Below, one piece after another: positions 29,638 to 39,728 of a stretch of 64,000 bases of DNA. The DNA lies in IMG/VR virus record IMGVR_UViG_3300046455_000477, positions 1 to 64,000 of that record, one strand, 5' to 3'. Every line of letters starts with the position of its first letter. Within the stretch, counting starts at the first letter, position 1. The stretch is from a virus. The notes under the pieces were generated by a model, which was not told the DNA's origin, ran no database searches, and was given only the letters and a program-made list of their open reading frames with translations. Both the position numbers and the translations under genes were made by a program.

Positions 29638-30084
29638 ATGACGGTTCCCTACATCGCGAAGGCGACTCCTCTAACACCCATGTGGTGGCCAGCCAAGGAA
29701 GCGGGGGAGTCGCGGCAGTACGCGCTGGACGTCTCCGAGGTAGTGACAGAGCAGATCTACTCGGTGGGGGTTGGATCAGCGCCGTCCGGACCGGGGGAGC
29801 TTGATCTGTCCAACTTCGACGGCTACGGCGCGGTGTTTTATCTGCGAACAAGCGGTGGTCAGCCGACGCGCATCTACCAGATAAGGTTCACCGTTCAGCT
29901 CGTGGACGGCCAGATCCTACGGTTCATCGTACATCAGGCCATACCCCCCGGACTGCCCGGCTACCCGATTCCGGAACCGCCCAGCACTAGCTTCGAGGAG
30001 CTTCCGCTGCCCAACTTTGGTCGATACGACTTGTCGAACTACGACAGCGGCTATGTGTATGCCGGAAGGATCATCAGTCCATGA
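29638..30084 (+). CDS. Putative fibre-tail adaptor protein
   Basis: K...E...YALD motif; beta-rich; tail accessory context. Confidence 0.5.
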   Translation: MTVPYIAKATPLTPMWWPAKEAGESRQYALDVSEVVTEQIYSVGVGSAPSGPGELDLSNFDGYGAVFYLRTSGGQPTRIYQIRFTVQLVDGQILRFIVHQAIPPGLPGYPIPEPPSTSFEELPLPNFGRYDLSNYDSGYVYAGRIISP

Positions 30085-30473
30085 CACCCGGAAGCTTTAA
30101 TCTAAAGCTCTATCGTGGGGACAGTTACACCTGGCGCTTCGTGATGTGGTCGGACACGGCCAAGACGATACCGGCCGACCTGGTGGGTGTCGTTCCGAGG
30201 GCCGAGATCAGGGACAAGCCGGGGGGCGCGCTGGTGGTTCCATTGGTGTGCACCGTGGAACCGCCTAATACGGTGCTCGCGATACTTTCGGCCGCAGCGA
30301 GCTCTACGCTCCCCTTGCAGGGCTCCTGGGATCTGCAACTGACATACCCCGACGGGGAGGTCGCGACGGTCGTAGCGGGGTCCGTGGGCGTCACTGCGGA
30401 CGTGACGAACAGTAGTCAGCATATCAGCTCCGTCACTCGAAGCGGTCCGACGCCGCTTCGTGCGCGAGGATAG
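30081..30473 (+). CDS. Ig-like virion protein (BppU/LtfC-like)
   Basis: LYRGDS...WDLQL...G motif pattern. Confidence 0.5.
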   Translation: MTPGSFNLKLYRGDSYTWRFVMWSDTAKTIPADLVGVVPRAEIRDKPGGALVVPLVCTVEPPNTVLAILSAAASSTLPLQGSWDLQLTYPDGEVATVVAGSVGVTADVTNSSQHISSVTRSGPTPLRARG

Positions 30474-30477
30474 GGCC

Positions 30478-31035
30478 GTGGACGACGTCGTTCTGGTTGA
30501 AATATCGTCCACGGCCGACGTGACGAGTATCGACGCCGTCTCGACCGGCGGAACGGTTTTCGTGGATATTGCTCAGTTGCGGATTGGCGTTGTGGACGTC
30601 GTTGTGCCGGAGTCAGGCGTTGTTATCGTCGACGTCGTCGAGTTCGGTGGTCCGCCAATCGGCTATCCCCAGCTTCCCGTCGAGCTTAGGCAATTGCCGA
30701 TCAGCTTTCCCTTTGGCGGTCAGGTTGCGGCTGGTCAGATGGTCAATGTCCCGATGGGTTTTGCCGTGACAATTCCGGACGGTTTGCAGGGTGTCAGGAC
30801 GTTTGCGGGGACGCCGCCCACGGCTGACGCGGTCTTTGCCTTGAACCGCCTGACGGGTCCCGCAAGCGTCCCGCTGGGCATGATAACGCTGACCGCAGCC
30901 AGTCAGACAGACAACCGGTTGGCAGGCGGCGGGCTGGCGTTGGCGGCTGGCGATGTCTTGCAGATCGTTGGCCCCGCTCCGCCCGACTCGACGCTATCCG
31001 ATGTCGGAATCACAATCATGGCAAATCGCGTGTAG
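30478..31035 (+). CDS. Hypothetical virion structural protein
   Basis: Val-rich N-terminus and beta-sandwich-like C-terminus (LAAGDVL); start uncertain (30460 or 30478). Confidence 0.5.
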   Translation: MDDVVLVEISSTADVTSIDAVSTGGTVFVDIAQLRIGVVDVVVPESGVVIVDVVEFGGPPIGYPQLPVELRQLPISFPFGGQVAAGQMVNVPMGFAVTIPDGLQGVRTFAGTPPTADAVFALNRLTGPASVPLGMITLTAASQTDNRLAGGGLALAAGDVLQIVGPAPPDSTLSDVGITIMANRV

Positions 31036-31048
31036 AGGAGAACAGACA

Positions 31049-31456
31049 ATGGCGATTCAGTACAGTGGTCTGCTGCAAGGCGGACAGTTGGGGGTGATCA
31101 ACACGCAAATGGGAGCGTCCGCTGGCACCATAATCATCTATAACACCGGGGCAGTGGCGCATGCTGATACCGTGACCGGTCCGACTGGACCGCTGGTCAC
31201 GATCACGGTGCCTGGAACGCCGATGACGATCACCAACGGCACAACGACCGCGGCAGCGGTCGCCAATCAGACAACGACTCCCTGGACCGGCGTTGCCTCC
31301 GGCACCGGCGTCGCATTGTCTTGGCGCATGTTCAACAACGGCGGGACCTGCGTCATTCAGGGTAACATGAGTGATCTTGTGCTAAACAACACCAGCATCA
31401 ATTCAGGTCAGACAGTGACCGTTACGCAGTTCCAGATCACCGCCGGGAACTGGTAG
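31049..31456 (+). CDS. Virion structural protein
   Basis: GAGGAG RBS; LNNTSINSGQTVTVT..ITAGN C-terminal motif common in phage structural proteins. Confidence 0.6.
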   Translation: MAIQYSGLLQGGQLGVINTQMGASAGTIIIYNTGAVAHADTVTGPTGPLVTITVPGTPMTITNGTTTAAAVANQTTTPWTGVASGTGVALSWRMFNNGGTCVIQGNMSDLVLNNTSINSGQTVTVTQFQITAGNW

Positions 31457-31782
31457 TGACCGAGTTCGTCTCCGGCAACATCTTTATTCGCAAGATGTTT
31501 GAGTTCGTCGATGCCGGGACGGTCAATCCACCGCACGCGCATAACTTTGACCACACGACGTTCGTGTTCACGGGAGCCGTGCATGTCAAAGCAGAGACAC
31601 CTGATGGTCGAAAAATAGAGCACGATTTTCATGCGCCAACCAGCTTCCTTGTGAAGGCCAATGTCTTACATGAAATAACGGCGTTGGAGAACGGTACGAC
31701 GGTTTGGTGCGTCTATAGTCATCGAACGCCACAAGGCGACATTACGCAGGAATGGACAGGTTGGGAACAAGGGACCTGGTGA
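31456..31782 (+). CDS. Cupin-like protein
   Basis: HAHNFDH...H.I.ALE...WCV His motifs. Confidence 0.65.
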   Translation: MTEFVSGNIFIRKMFEFVDAGTVNPPHAHNFDHTTFVFTGAVHVKAETPDGRKIEHDFHAPTSFLVKANVLHEITALENGTTVWCVYSHRTPQGDITQEWTGWEQGTW

Positions 31783-32207
31783 TGGCGGAACTCCTTGTAT
31801 TCGCGACCGACACGACCGGCGATGATGTTTATAAAAACGCCAAGCTGCCCAAGATCGGTCATGTGATTCATGTCGCCGAGGACGGTTGGAACTGGGGGCT
31901 GGAGGAACTGTCCAACGTGGCGTTCCGGATCGTCAAGGTGCCCGGTGCGACAGTTGAGACGTTTCAGCATCTGTTGTCGTGGGAGCAACCGACCGTGCCG
32001 CTGCCGCCGAACGAGAGTGCGGCGTCACTGACAAACACACTGCAACACCGGGGCTTTCGCATCGATCCCGCGCTCCTCCCACCGGTCGCGCGAACCTCCT
32101 TTACCGAGGGTGAAAGGCCGAGTGAGTTTGTTGAACTGGAGGAGACAATCGTGCTCGATGCCGTGGCGGTCAATCCGCCAATAGACGATCCCGCCGTGAT
32201 CGGCTGA
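31782..32207 (+). CDS. Hypothetical protein
   Basis: Overlapping stop/start with the cupin gene. Confidence 0.55.
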   Translation: MAELLVFATDTTGDDVYKNAKLPKIGHVIHVAEDGWNWGLEELSNVAFRIVKVPGATVETFQHLLSWEQPTVPLPPNESAASLTNTLQHRGFRIDPALLPPVARTSFTEGERPSEFVELEETIVLDAVAVNPPIDDPAVIG

Positions 32208-32208
32208 C

Positions 32209-35200
32209 ATGCCAACCGCCGTCGTTAAAACAATCGGAAGCGCAGGAGGGCGTGATTACAGCACGATCTCCGCGTGGATAGCGGGGCTCTCGACGTTCGC
32301 GCCGACCGGGAGTCTGGTCACCGCCGACATCACTTACGAAGGACAGTGCTACAACGACGGTCAGTTCTACGAGACAAATTGCACACTTGCCGGACATACG
32401 ACTGACGCTACGCACACGATCACGCTGACGGCGGCGTCGGGAGAATCGTTCCAGGACAATGCTGGTGCTCAGACCAACGCTCTGCGATCCGACCGGACCA
32501 ATGGTGTCGAGGTTATCAACAGCGGCGGATACACAAGCTGGTATATTTTCAATTGGTCTGACACGAACGTAACGATTTCCAGACTGCAAATTCGCAGCGT
32601 GGGTCCGACACGAGGAGTTAACCTCGGCTCCAACGGAGTATCCTGTCGGAATTGCATCATCGAGGCGCCTACGTTCCCGGCGGTAAACGGCAACTACTAT
32701 AATTGTTCGCTTGTTGTGTATACGAACTTTCCCGCGCTGGCGGGATCGTCCCCCAGCACGGTTGTCAATTGCACCCTGGTAAAGTCTACTGACTCGGTCT
32801 CGTCGACCACCGCGCTGACGACCGGATACGGCGCGGCCTACGTCATGAAAAATTGCGCGGTCTTCGGTTTCGCCAGCATTGTCGGCGGTGCGTCGGTAAC
32901 CGCCGCCAACTGCATGACCGACTGCGCCAGCGCGCCAACCGGCTTCGCGACGAGCAAGACCTACGCCAGCCAGTTCGTCGATACCGGCACGACGCTGGCC
33001 AATCGCGACTATCGCGCGAAGACCGGCGCCGATCTGCTCGACGCGGGCGCGACCTATACGACGGATATTCCAGCCGCTGACGACATCGTGAAGACCGCGC
33101 GTCCGCAAGGCGCGGCCTGGGACATCGGTTGCTGGGAGCTCGCACCGACTGGCCCGCCGCCGACGTATCCGACGCTCACCAGCACGCTTGCAAGCATTGC
33201 GCAACCTGATGCGTTAACAACCGGTCGTGGAATCGTTGCTAATCCAGCGACAGCACAGACATTTTACGTGTTGGCAACGAATGCCGTTACACCGAATTTC
33301 TTTGGCAACATGCAACAAGGCGGGTCAGCGCCAACCGCCGCTAACAGTGCCTTCGGTTGGGTGCCTTCGACAGCGAATCTATCTAGTCCATACTATCGTG
33401 GTCGTCTTGGCGCTGTTGGCACAACAGCAACCGGTCAATCGGCAAGCTATAATGCATCAACCAGTGGACCGACGGCGGGCACAGGGACGGCGGCGACGAC
33501 GGCGGGCGACAGTTTCGTTGCTGGTCCACTTACCGGCACGTTCTCGTCGGGGGTTTGGAACTATACTCTCAACCTGCGCGCCTCCATCGCTGGTGCGGTC
33601 GGACACGTCAACGTACGCACCTGGAGATCAGTCAACGCCAATGGCGCCAGCGCCACGCAAATCATAGCAAACACAGCTGGCGCGATTGTCACGCTGAGCA
33701 CGACGGCAGACGTCAACAGCGGCATAACATACAATCCTGGCGCGCTCACGTTTAATAACGAATATTTGTTTTTCCAAACCGAGTGGCAGGAAACCACCAA
33801 GGGCACGACGACAAATAACAATGTGTTGTTCCGCGCTGGAACAACATCGATCACAACGGCACCATTCGCAGCCGCTGTTGGCATCGGTCCCTCCGCTGGC
33901 GCGCTGGCGTCGATTGAACGGCCGGACACACAGGTCGCAACTGGCACGGTCGCTGATCCCTTGCCGCTGCTCACGGCAACGCTGGCGGTCACGGAACTGC
34001 CTGATGCGCTCGCTGGTTTTGGAACTGTCGGAACCGCGCTGCCGACGATCACCGGCACACTGGCGGTTACGCAAGCCGATCAGGGACTGGTGGCGACCGG
34101 TCGGGTCGGTAGTTACCTCGTCTCGTCGTTCACCATCACCTCTTCACAGAATGACTTCGACGGTCTTGTCGGATGCATGTTCCAACTGACAGCCAACCAG
34201 ACGTTTGATAATGTTGGGTTGCTGTGGCGATCCTGGAATTTTGGCACCATTAATTTCGCGTATGGCACATGGGGCGGCGGCAGTCTTACGATCCTGAATG
34301 AAACCGCCGTTGATATGAGCAGCGGCGTCAATGGTAGATTCAATTATAAACCGGTCGCTCCATTCACGCTGACGGCGGGCGTGCAGTACTTCATCGCCAG
34401 ACGCGTTGTGAATGGCGATGGCAATTCATCAAACCATGGTCCCGTCACGCTGAACAACGCGACCGGAGTCAACGGTGTCTACAGCGTAGGGACTTCGCTC
34501 GCCGGAACGATTTTCGCCGCGGACACGATGTTTGGTGCCGAGGACCTGGCGCTCTTCGGCGCGGCCCCAACAACGATAACCGGCACGCTCAACGTAACTC
34601 AGGCGAGCCAGACCATATCGGCGCAGGGGCGCGTCCTTGTCACCGGCACGCTGGCGGTCGCGCAACAGGCGCAGACGATCAGCGCGCAGGCAGCGGTCAG
34701 GGTTGATGCAATCCTCTCGCAGGCGCAGGCAGCGCAGGCGTTGGCTGGTCAGGGTCGCGTCGCAATCGCGGCCACGCTCAGCCAGGCGCAAGCACCGCAG
34801 ACCATCAGCGCCATTGGCCAGATCTCGCTGGCTGCCGCGTTGGCGACTACGCAGCAACCGCAGACGATCAGCGCGCAGGCCGCTGTCAGGATAACCGCGA
34901 CTCTTGCCCAGACCCAGCAACCGCAGACACTGGCGGCAACTGGTCTGGTTCCGGCGTTCGGGACGCTCGTCCAGACCCAGCAACCGCAGACGCTGCTCGG
35001 GGCTGGCTCGGTCGTCAGTCCAGGCGCGGCGACAGGCACACTCGCCGTCACGCAAGCCCCGCAGACACTGCTTGCGACGGGTCAGACGACCATCGCGGGC
35101 GCGCTGACGTCCACAGGGGCCGCACAGACCCTGGCAGGTCTGGGTGGGGTATCCGTATCGGCGGGTCTGGTCACGACGCAAGCGGGGCACGCAAGCGCCG

Positions 35201-35763
35201 CGCAGGGCCGAGTCTCCATTGGCGCGACGCTGGCGCAGACGCAGGCCGATCAGACCATCATCGCCAGCGCGGCGGTCAGGATATCCGCGACGCTGGCGCA
35301 GGCGCAGCAACCCCAGACACTGCTCGCGCGCGGCACGGTCCCTGGCGTGGCCACGCTTCGCGTCACGCAAGACCCACAGACGCTATCCGGCTTCGCAATC
35401 GTCGCGACCGGCATAGCCGCCAGCCTGACCGTCACGCAAGCGCCGCAAACGTTGAACGCACAAGGTGCGGTGCGTATTGGTGCGATTCTAAACGTTTCAC
35501 AATCAAATCAGGCATTCCTTGGGTCCGGCGGTTCGATCGTTACCGGCGCGGCGGCGCAGACGCAGCAGCCGCAGACGATCAGCGCGCAGGGTCGCGTCCG
35601 CTTGTCGGCTCTGCTTGCGGTTGTGCAAGATTCTCAGATCGTGCTGGCAAGAGGGGATGTCCGCATAGATGGTGGACTGGCAGCGACACAGGCCGGTCAA
35701 TCATTGGTTTCGCGCGCGCACGTAGGATCATCCTATGCCGCTCGCGTTATGGTAATGGCTTAA
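32209..35763 (+). CDS. Large virion fibre/surface protein with beta-helix-like N-terminus and ~20-aa TLA.TQ.PQT repeats
   Basis: GRDYSTI.AW N-terminus; WDIG motif; many Ala/Gln/Thr repeats from ~33.9 to 35.7 kb. Confidence 0.65.
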   Translation: MPTAVVKTIGSAGGRDYSTISAWIAGLSTFAPTGSLVTADITYEGQCYNDGQFYETNCTLAGHTTDATHTITLTAASGESFQDNAGAQTNALRSDRTNGVEVINSGGYTSWYIFNWSDTNVTISRLQIRSVGPTRGVNLGSNGVSCRNCIIEAPTFPAVNGNYYNCSLVVYTNFPALAGSSPSTVVNCTLVKSTDSVSSTTALTTGYGAAYVMKNCAVFGFASIVGGASVTAANCMTDCASAPTGFATSKTYASQFVDTGTTLANRDYRAKTGADLLDAGATYTTDIPAADDIVKTARPQGAAWDIGCWELAPTGPPPTYPTLTSTLASIAQPDALTTGRGIVANPATAQTFYVLATNAVTPNFFGNMQQGGSAPTAANSAFGWVPSTANLSSPYYRGRLGAVGTTATGQSASYNASTSGPTAGTGTAATTAGDSFVAGPLTGTFSSGVWNYTLNLRASIAGAVGHVNVRTWRSVNANGASATQIIANTAGAIVTLSTTADVNSGITYNPGALTFNNEYLFFQTEWQETTKGTTTNNNVLFRAGTTSITTAPFAAAVGIGPSAGALASIERPDTQVATGTVADPLPLLTATLAVTELPDALAGFGTVGTALPTITGTLAVTQADQGLVATGRVGSYLVSSFTITSSQNDFDGLVGCMFQLTANQTFDNVGLLWRSWNFGTINFAYGTWGGGSLTILNETAVDMSSGVNGRFNYKPVAPFTLTAGVQYFIARRVVNGDGNSSNHGPVTLNNATGVNGVYSVGTSLAGTIFAADTMFGAEDLALFGAAPTTITGTLNVTQASQTISAQGRVLVTGTLAVAQQAQTISAQAAVRVDAILSQAQAAQALAGQGRVAIAATLSQAQAPQTISAIGQISLAAALATTQQPQTISAQAAVRITATLAQTQQPQTLAATGLVPAFGTLVQTQQPQTLLGAGSVVSPGAATGTLAVTQAPQTLLATGQTTIAGALTSTGAAQTLAGLGGVSVSAGLVTTQAGHASAAQGRVSIGATLAQTQADQTIIASAAVRISATLAQAQQPQTLLARGTVPGVATLRVTQDPQTLSGFAIVATGIAASLTVTQAPQTLNAQGAVRIGAILNVSQSNQAFLGSGGSIVTGAAAQTQQPQTISAQGRVRLSALLAVVQDSQIVLARGDVRIDGGLAATQAGQSLVSRAHVGSSYAARVMVMA

Positions 35764-35771
35764 CAAGGAGA

Positions 35772-36002
35772 ATGACAATGCTACAGGCACAGGACAAAGT
35801 CTCGATCACTCTCGAAGTGCAGTACTGGAACGCGGTGCTGGAGGCTCTGAATAGCGCACCATATCGCGTCGCCGCACCGATCATTGGTGAGCTCGTGAGG
35901 CAGTACAACGAAGCCAATGCCGCCAGCGAGCAGCCGCCGGGATCAGTTCCGCAGTTAAGGAACGGCAACGGCAAGGATGCGCCGATCGTGCTGGATAACT
36001 GA
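35772..36002 (+). CDS. Small hypothetical (fibre-chaperone-like) protein
   Basis: AAGGAG RBS; WN.VL.AL..APY...AP.I motif. Confidence 0.55.
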   Translation: MTMLQAQDKVSITLEVQYWNAVLEALNSAPYRVAAPIIGELVRQYNEANAASEQPPGSVPQLRNGNGKDAPIVLDN

Positions 36003-36006
36003 GCCG

Positions 36007-36750
36007 ATGCCAAACAGCATGGTGATCGATCTGTCGCATTGGAACGAGGTGACGGACTGGCACGCCGTCGCGCGGAGCGGCGTCCTAGGTGTTGTTCACA
36101 AATTCAGCGAGGGGACGAGCTACCGGGATCCGATGTACGAGAAGGCGCGGGCGGGCGCGAAGTCGGCGGGTCTCCTGTTCGGACGCTACCACTTCGCCAA
36201 CGGCAACGATGTCAAGGCACAGGTCAAGAACTTTATGGTCGGAGCGGCACCAGACGAGTTGCTGGCGCTCGATTGGGAGGACACCTCGCCAAGGATGTCC
36301 CTGTCGCAAGCCGTCGCGTTTGTGCAAGAGGTGCAGCAACTGACCGGTAGCTGGCCCGTCGTCTACAGCGGCAACACCGCCAAGGAGGCGCTTGGCAGCA
36401 CACCAAACCCGGTCCTGGCCAAGTGCCGCCTATGGCTGGCGCAGTACAGCAGCAAGCCGGTCACGCCCCCCGGCTGGGCCATCCCCTGGCTGTGGCAGTG
36501 GACCGACGCGGGGACGATCGCGGGCATCGTCGGCGGCGTTGATCTTGACGCCTACGGCGCGACGGCTGACCGGCTGGCTGACGAATGGGCTGATGGCAGG
36601 GCGCAACCTGAAATCGAGCCTGAGCCGCCTGACCCAGGCCGCGATCCGTCCGACGTTGTGACGCTGACAGTGACCATTCCGGCAGGCAGCAGAGTCGTTG
36701 TAAGGACGACAGGCGACAACGACAACATCGTCATGAACGACAGTTGCTGA
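36007..36750 (+). CDS. Endolysin, glycoside hydrolase family 25
   Basis: IDLSHWN, K.SEG, GRYHF, LDWE, LWLAQY and WQWT motifs. Confidence 0.9.
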   Translation: MPNSMVIDLSHWNEVTDWHAVARSGVLGVVHKFSEGTSYRDPMYEKARAGAKSAGLLFGRYHFANGNDVKAQVKNFMVGAAPDELLALDWEDTSPRMSLSQAVAFVQEVQQLTGSWPVVYSGNTAKEALGSTPNPVLAKCRLWLAQYSSKPVTPPGWAIPWLWQWTDAGTIAGIVGGVDLDAYGATADRLADEWADGRAQPEIEPEPPDPGRDPSDVVTLTVTIPAGSRVVVRTTGDNDNIVMNDSC

Positions 36751-36751
36751 A

Positions 36752-37363
36752 ATGCCTGATCCAGCTGCCGCGGCGGGAATCCTGGATCGGGTCCTGAAGT
36801 TCATCGACGCGCCGTGGAAAGCGCTGGTCGTCTTTGGCCTGATCCTGACGCTTGGCGGTGGCTGGGTGCTTTACGAGAAACGCAACGAATTATTCGAGGC
36901 GTGGCTGACGCCTGATCAGCCGCAACTGAAAACCGGCGACGTGCCGGAGGCGCTGACTAAACTCGCCAGCGAAACGAATGCCGACATGGTGCAGATATGG
37001 GCGGTTGATCTTGCGTCGAACTCGCAGTGGTTCCTTGGCGCCAGACGCCACGACGGCGAGCGGCCAGTGGTGCCGTCACCCAGGCGTCTGCCGATCATCG
37101 ACCAGACATCGGATGTGAAACGGCTTGTCGATGTGCTGGAAGGCCATCCGATCTGTGTTGACCTGCATCGGGACGGCACGCCGGTCGCGCGACGATTGGC
37201 GGAACGGGGAATGAAGCGCGGCTGTGCCGTCCCGATACCGCCTAACCCTGAAAGTTTTGTCGGCGTGATCTACCTCGTCTGGTCGGAGGCGACCGATGCC
37301 AGCAATGAAAATGTCGCCGTCGGGGCAGCCAGGGAGATCGCGAAGCGGTTGGCGACGCATTAG
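36752..37363 (+). CDS. Single-TM membrane protein with a GAF-like soluble domain; putative holin/antiholin
   Basis: Hydrophobic ALVVFGLILTLGGGWVL segment; C...CAVPIPP....VGVI pattern; directly after the endolysin. Confidence 0.5.
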   Translation: MPDPAAAAGILDRVLKFIDAPWKALVVFGLILTLGGGWVLYEKRNELFEAWLTPDQPQLKTGDVPEALTKLASETNADMVQIWAVDLASNSQWFLGARRHDGERPVVPSPRRLPIIDQTSDVKRLVDVLEGHPICVDLHRDGTPVARRLAERGMKRGCAVPIPPNPESFVGVIYLVWSEATDASNENVAVGAAREIAKRLATH

Positions 37364-37464
37364 CAAACCGGTCGGACCGGTTCGCAGGGCCCAGGACGGC
37401 GTCGTGCCCGGACAACCCCCGTAGAGACCGCCCTGGGGATGCTGTGCGACCGGGGGAACCCGCC

Positions 37465-37522
37465 CCGATAGTAGCCCCGACCCCGGTTCCGGGGGTCGTG
37501 TGGACCCGATGCAGGAGGCGCG
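37465..37522. repeat. Partial copy of the inverted-repeat element (copy C), in the convergent intergenic region
   Basis: CCGATAGTAGC core plus GGGGTCGTGTGGACCCGATGCAGGAGGCGC arm. Confidence 0.8.
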
Positions 37523-37528
37523 GCGGGG

Positions 37529-39022
37529 TCACTTGAGGTACCGCAGCCAGTCCCTGACACCATCGCCGTTCACGGCATCCGCGATCGTCTTCTTGCCTCG
37601 CAGGTTCTCCACGATGCGCTCCTCCACGGTCCGGGGGGTGATCATGTCGACGTAGAGGACCGGGCGGGTCTGTCCGTCGCGGTGGGCGCGGTCCTCCGAC
37701 TGCAGCCGATGCTCCAGATTAAAGTCGTTGCTGTAGTAGACGACGTTGGCGGAGGCGGTCAGGGTGATCCCCATCCCCCCGGTCGCAGCGGTTCCAACGA
37801 AGCAGTGAGCATCGCCTTCCTGGAAGTCCACCTTCGCTGCGGCTCTCTGATCGGCACTACAGAGGCCGTCGTAGCGGACCGACCTACGGGTGGGGAACCG
37901 CCGCTCCAGCTCCTGCAGCACGAGCGTGACGTCTCTGCGGAAGGCGCACCAGACGATCACCTTGTCCCCCATCTCTTCAACGAGGTCCCCGAGCACCCTC
38001 GGACGGTTGGTCGGGATACCGTGGACGTCTCCGTTCTCGTCCACGAGGTGCCCGAGTATTATCTGGTGAAGCTTTAGCAGCCGATCCATGGCGTTCTTGG
38101 AGGAGCTCCACAGGCCGTTCTCAAGCTCCGCCGAGGCTAGCCTCGCCATTTCTCCGTAGAGCCGCGCCTGCTCGGGCGTGAGCTCCACCTCCTGCTGACG
38201 ATACGTCTTCGGGGGAAGGTCCAGGCACTCCTCCTTCAGGACGCGGTAGGAGTGCCGCGCCAGCCGCCGCTCGAGAACGTCCAGGTTCCGAGCACCAACG
38301 ACCTTGAACACGTACTTGGATCGGGCGGGCGCTCCGTTGGCCGTCGGTTTCCCCATGCCGATTCGGACCTGCTCCAGCTCGCAGAACCGTGCCCGGAATC
38401 CGTAGTAGTTCTCGGCAAACTCCTCGTGCACGCCGAGGAACTTCATCTGCGACCAGAGGTCCAGCGGGCTCTTCGTGACCGGTGAACCGGTCATTATCCG
38501 GCGCACGACGCAGAGCTTCCCGAGCCGTATCGCTGCCTTGGTCCGGATGGAGCCCTCGTCCTTGATCTTGGTGGACTCGTCGACGACGAAGACGGTCCGG
38601 CCACCCCTCACGAAGTTCTCCGCCACCGTCATGGCGTCCCTCGACATGCTGAGCGCTTCGATGTTCATCGTCAGTATGCGGAGCGCGGGCGGATCGTCCA
38701 GCAGGTACCGCAGGGCATCCGTCTCCGCCTTTCTCCTTCCACCCCTCCACATGTGCGACTTGACGGGTAGGTCCGGGGGGAGGTTCTCGGGGAGGTGCTT
38801 CTCCGTCCAGTCTCCGTATGATCCTGCTCCAGAAACCACTAGGACACGGTCAATCTTCTTTTCGAGGTAGAGCTGGACGAACTCGTCACATGCTATCTTA
38901 CTCTTTCCACCCCCCATGTCAATCAAGAAGGCAAATGCAACTCTATTGCGAGCAAGCCTGAGGGCTTCCCACTGATGGTTTCGTGGTTCTCGGGTTGGTG
39001 TAAATAGAAGAGGAACCTTCAT
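37529..39022 (-). CDS. SNF2-family (SF2) helicase
   Basis: DMGGGKS Walker A, DEST, TGSP and QSEDRAHRDGQ motifs. Confidence 0.9.
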   Translation of the reverse strand: MKVPLLFTPTREPRNHQWEALRLARNRVAFAFLIDMGGGKSKIACDEFVQLYLEKKIDRVLVVSGAGSYGDWTEKHLPENLPPDLPVKSHMWRGGRRKAETDALRYLLDDPPALRILTMNIEALSMSRDAMTVAENFVRGGRTVFVVDESTKIKDEGSIRTKAAIRLGKLCVVRRIMTGSPVTKSPLDLWSQMKFLGVHEEFAENYYGFRARFCELEQVRIGMGKPTANGAPARSKYVFKVVGARNLDVLERRLARHSYRVLKEECLDLPPKTYRQQEVELTPEQARLYGEMARLASAELENGLWSSSKNAMDRLLKLHQIILGHLVDENGDVHGIPTNRPRVLGDLVEEMGDKVIVWCAFRRDVTLVLQELERRFPTRRSVRYDGLCSADQRAAAKVDFQEGDAHCFVGTAATGGMGITLTASANVVYYSNDFNLEHRLQSEDRAHRDGQTRPVLYVDMITPRTVEERIVENLRGKKTIADAVNGDGVRDWLRYLK

Positions 39023-39531
39023 TTCGTCCTTCCGAATTCACCATGATATTTCCTGGAGGCCTCGGCGTAGACGGCAGCAGCCTCCTCCACTGTCTTGTGT
39101 CTTCCTAGATACGTCATCTTTCCCTTCCCGCCTTCGGGTCGCGGAACTCTTATCTGAGCGGTGTAGGATCCGTCCTCGTTTACGTGGACTCCCTTTACCC
39201 CGAGCTTGTTATTTATCTGGGCTCCTTTGTTCATGCCGTTTTGGCTTCTCGTAGCCGCCCTGAGATTATCTATCCTCATGTTATTTCTGTCCCCGTCGAT
39301 GTGATCCACCTCCGGCGGCTCCTCGTTATGCACCAGCTTATAGATGACTCTGCAGATCCTGTAGAACTTTCCCCTCCAGCGTATGTGCTGCTTTCTCTTC
39401 GTTCCAGCCCGATATCCGGCCTGAGCCCTTGCGTTAACCGATATCCTCCACGTCAATAATCCGGTGTCTGGCTCGTAAACAAAGAACTCCAGGAGTTCCT
39501 CCTGCGACGGCAGTGGCTTCGTCGGGTTCAC
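39019..39531 (-). CDS. HNH homing endonuclease with AP2-like C-terminus
   Basis: VDHIDGDRNNMRIDNLR HNH motif; GVKGV...YLG....EEAA..Y...HGEF. Confidence 0.9.
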   Translation of the reverse strand: MNPTKPLPSQEELLEFFVYEPDTGLLTWRISVNARAQAGYRAGTKRKQHIRWRGKFYRICRVIYKLVHNEEPPEVDHIDGDRNNMRIDNLRAATRSQNGMNKGAQINNKLGVKGVHVNEDGSYTAQIRVPRPEGGKGKMTYLGRHKTVEEAAAVYAEASRKYHGEFGRTK

Positions 39532-39728
39532 AGCCCTCCATCCTCCGGCACGACAGTGACCTGATCCACACCATTATTGTTAAAGCAACGGAGGAACGAC
39601 TGCCACTCTAGTTCAGTAAACACGAGTGTCCCGTTCAATGCATACGTGTTCATCACGAATTTAGCCGAGAATAATCGCGCGTAAATGTGTTCGCCGCGCC
39701 GCTCCCAGCGCACCCTGAAGTGTGTCAC
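39528..39728 (-). CDS. Hypothetical protein
   Basis: GTG overlapping the upstream stop; GGAG RBS. Confidence 0.5.
   Translation of the reverse strand: MTHFRVRWERRGEHIYARLFSAKFVMNTYALNGTLVFTELEWQSFLRCFNNNGVDQVTVVPEDGGL

Noticed and set aside
23659-35763. Diversity-generating retroelement or invertible fibre switch
   Set aside because: No reverse transcriptase, invertase or near-identical template/variable repeat pair was seen.
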